Made by a program: the position numbers and the translations under genes. A model generated the notes under the pieces. The model made no database searches, was not told the origin of the DNA, and worked only from the letters and a program-made list of their open reading frames with translations. A stretch of 64,000 bases of DNA from Carcharhinus amblyrhynchos (taxonomy: Eukaryota), in NCBI GenBank assembly GCA_965287045.1, contig OZ336886.1, forward strand, positions 6,448,001-6,512,000, read 5' to 3'. Shown one piece after another: positions 63,455 to 64,000 of this stretch. Each line of letters starts with the position of its first letter. The stretch's first letter is position 1.

Positions 63455-63822
63455 TTCAGAAACAAAAACAGAAAATGCTGGAAAATCTCAGTAAGTCTGA
63501 CAACATTTGTGGGGAGAGAATAGAATCAATGTTTTGAGTCTAGATGAGCCTAAGAACATAAGAAATAGGAGCAGGAGTAGGCCATCTAGTCTTCACCTCG
63601 GGATCTACAACCCGGTCTGGATAAAGTTAAAGGCTTAAAAACCCCCACAGGCTGTTTCCCGTTGGCTCACTCTGGTTTTTCAATAAGGCAGCTTGTACTC
63701 CATGAAGCCCATGGTTAGATCTATTTATGGTTCCCTGTGACCTTTATTGTCATCGTGACATCCTGTTTCTCTCCGCAGATGCTGTCTGACCTACTAAGCA
63801 TTCCAGGAATTTTCTGTTTTCC
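63455..63822. mobile_element. Inverted Penelope-like termini enclosing a CR1 tail (63551-63589) and an unknown 110-bp repeat
   Basis: aaaacagaaaatgctggaaaatctcag at about 63465 and cagatgctgtctgacct..ttttctgtttt at about 63776-63820. Confidence 0.6.
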
Positions 63823-63963
63823 TTTATAACCTGTTGTGGGGGAACTCCCTTGCTTTTCTTCAAAACGTGTTATGGAACCTTTACATTTCGAGAGCAGATG
63901 AGGCGTTGGTCCAACCCCTTTTCCGAAAAACAGTACCTTGGACAACAGATACTCTTTTAGGAG

Positions 63964-64000
63964 TAGAACATAGAACATAGAACATTACAGCGCAGAACAG
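63964..64000 (-). mobile_element. 3' tail of a CR1 of the 34-35 kb subfamily, running off the window end
   Basis: agaacatagaacattacagcgcagaacag is the exact reverse complement of ctgttctgcgctgtaatgttctatgttct at about 35302-35330. Confidence 0.85.

Noticed and set aside
61146-64000. Upstream CABCOCO1 exons or promoter
   Set aside because: No phase-compatible exon with family similarity and no CpG island seen; mostly TE debris, so the 5' end probably lies beyond the window.
1-64000. CRISPR array, retron or other prokaryotic defence system
   Set aside because: The sequence is intron-rich eukaryotic DNA. There is no repeat-spacer array or operon structure, and all RT motifs belong to eukaryotic retrotransposons.

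Overview
Eukaryotic, repeat-rich vertebrate DNA. The repeat families (HE1-type V-SINEs, CR1, Rex1 and Penelope-like relics) point to a cartilaginous fish, probably a shark; this is inference. One host gene is supported: the last six coding exons of a CABCOCO1 (C10orf107) orthologue on the minus strand, 17587-61145. All junctions are GT-AG and phase-consistent (706 nt, about 234 aa plus stop). The 5' exons are probably beyond the window end. The rest is mostly transposon-derived. It includes young CR1 LINEs (two near-identical inverted copies with different single frameshifts), Rex1 LINEs, three SINE classes, and Penelope-like ends with decayed hammerhead-ribozyme cores. It also includes GalEa-like Copia and Gypsy relics, a solo LTR, short palindromic MITE-like elements, a 1-kb G-rich minisatellite, an inverted duplication and a 450-bp tandem duplication. 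There are no prokaryotic systems, CRISPR arrays, rRNA genes or true tRNA genes, and most ORFs in the supplied track are spurious or TE-derived. I found no clearly new biological system. Exon coordinates were read base by base; most repeat boundaries are approximate and family names come from recalled consensus sequences, not database searches.
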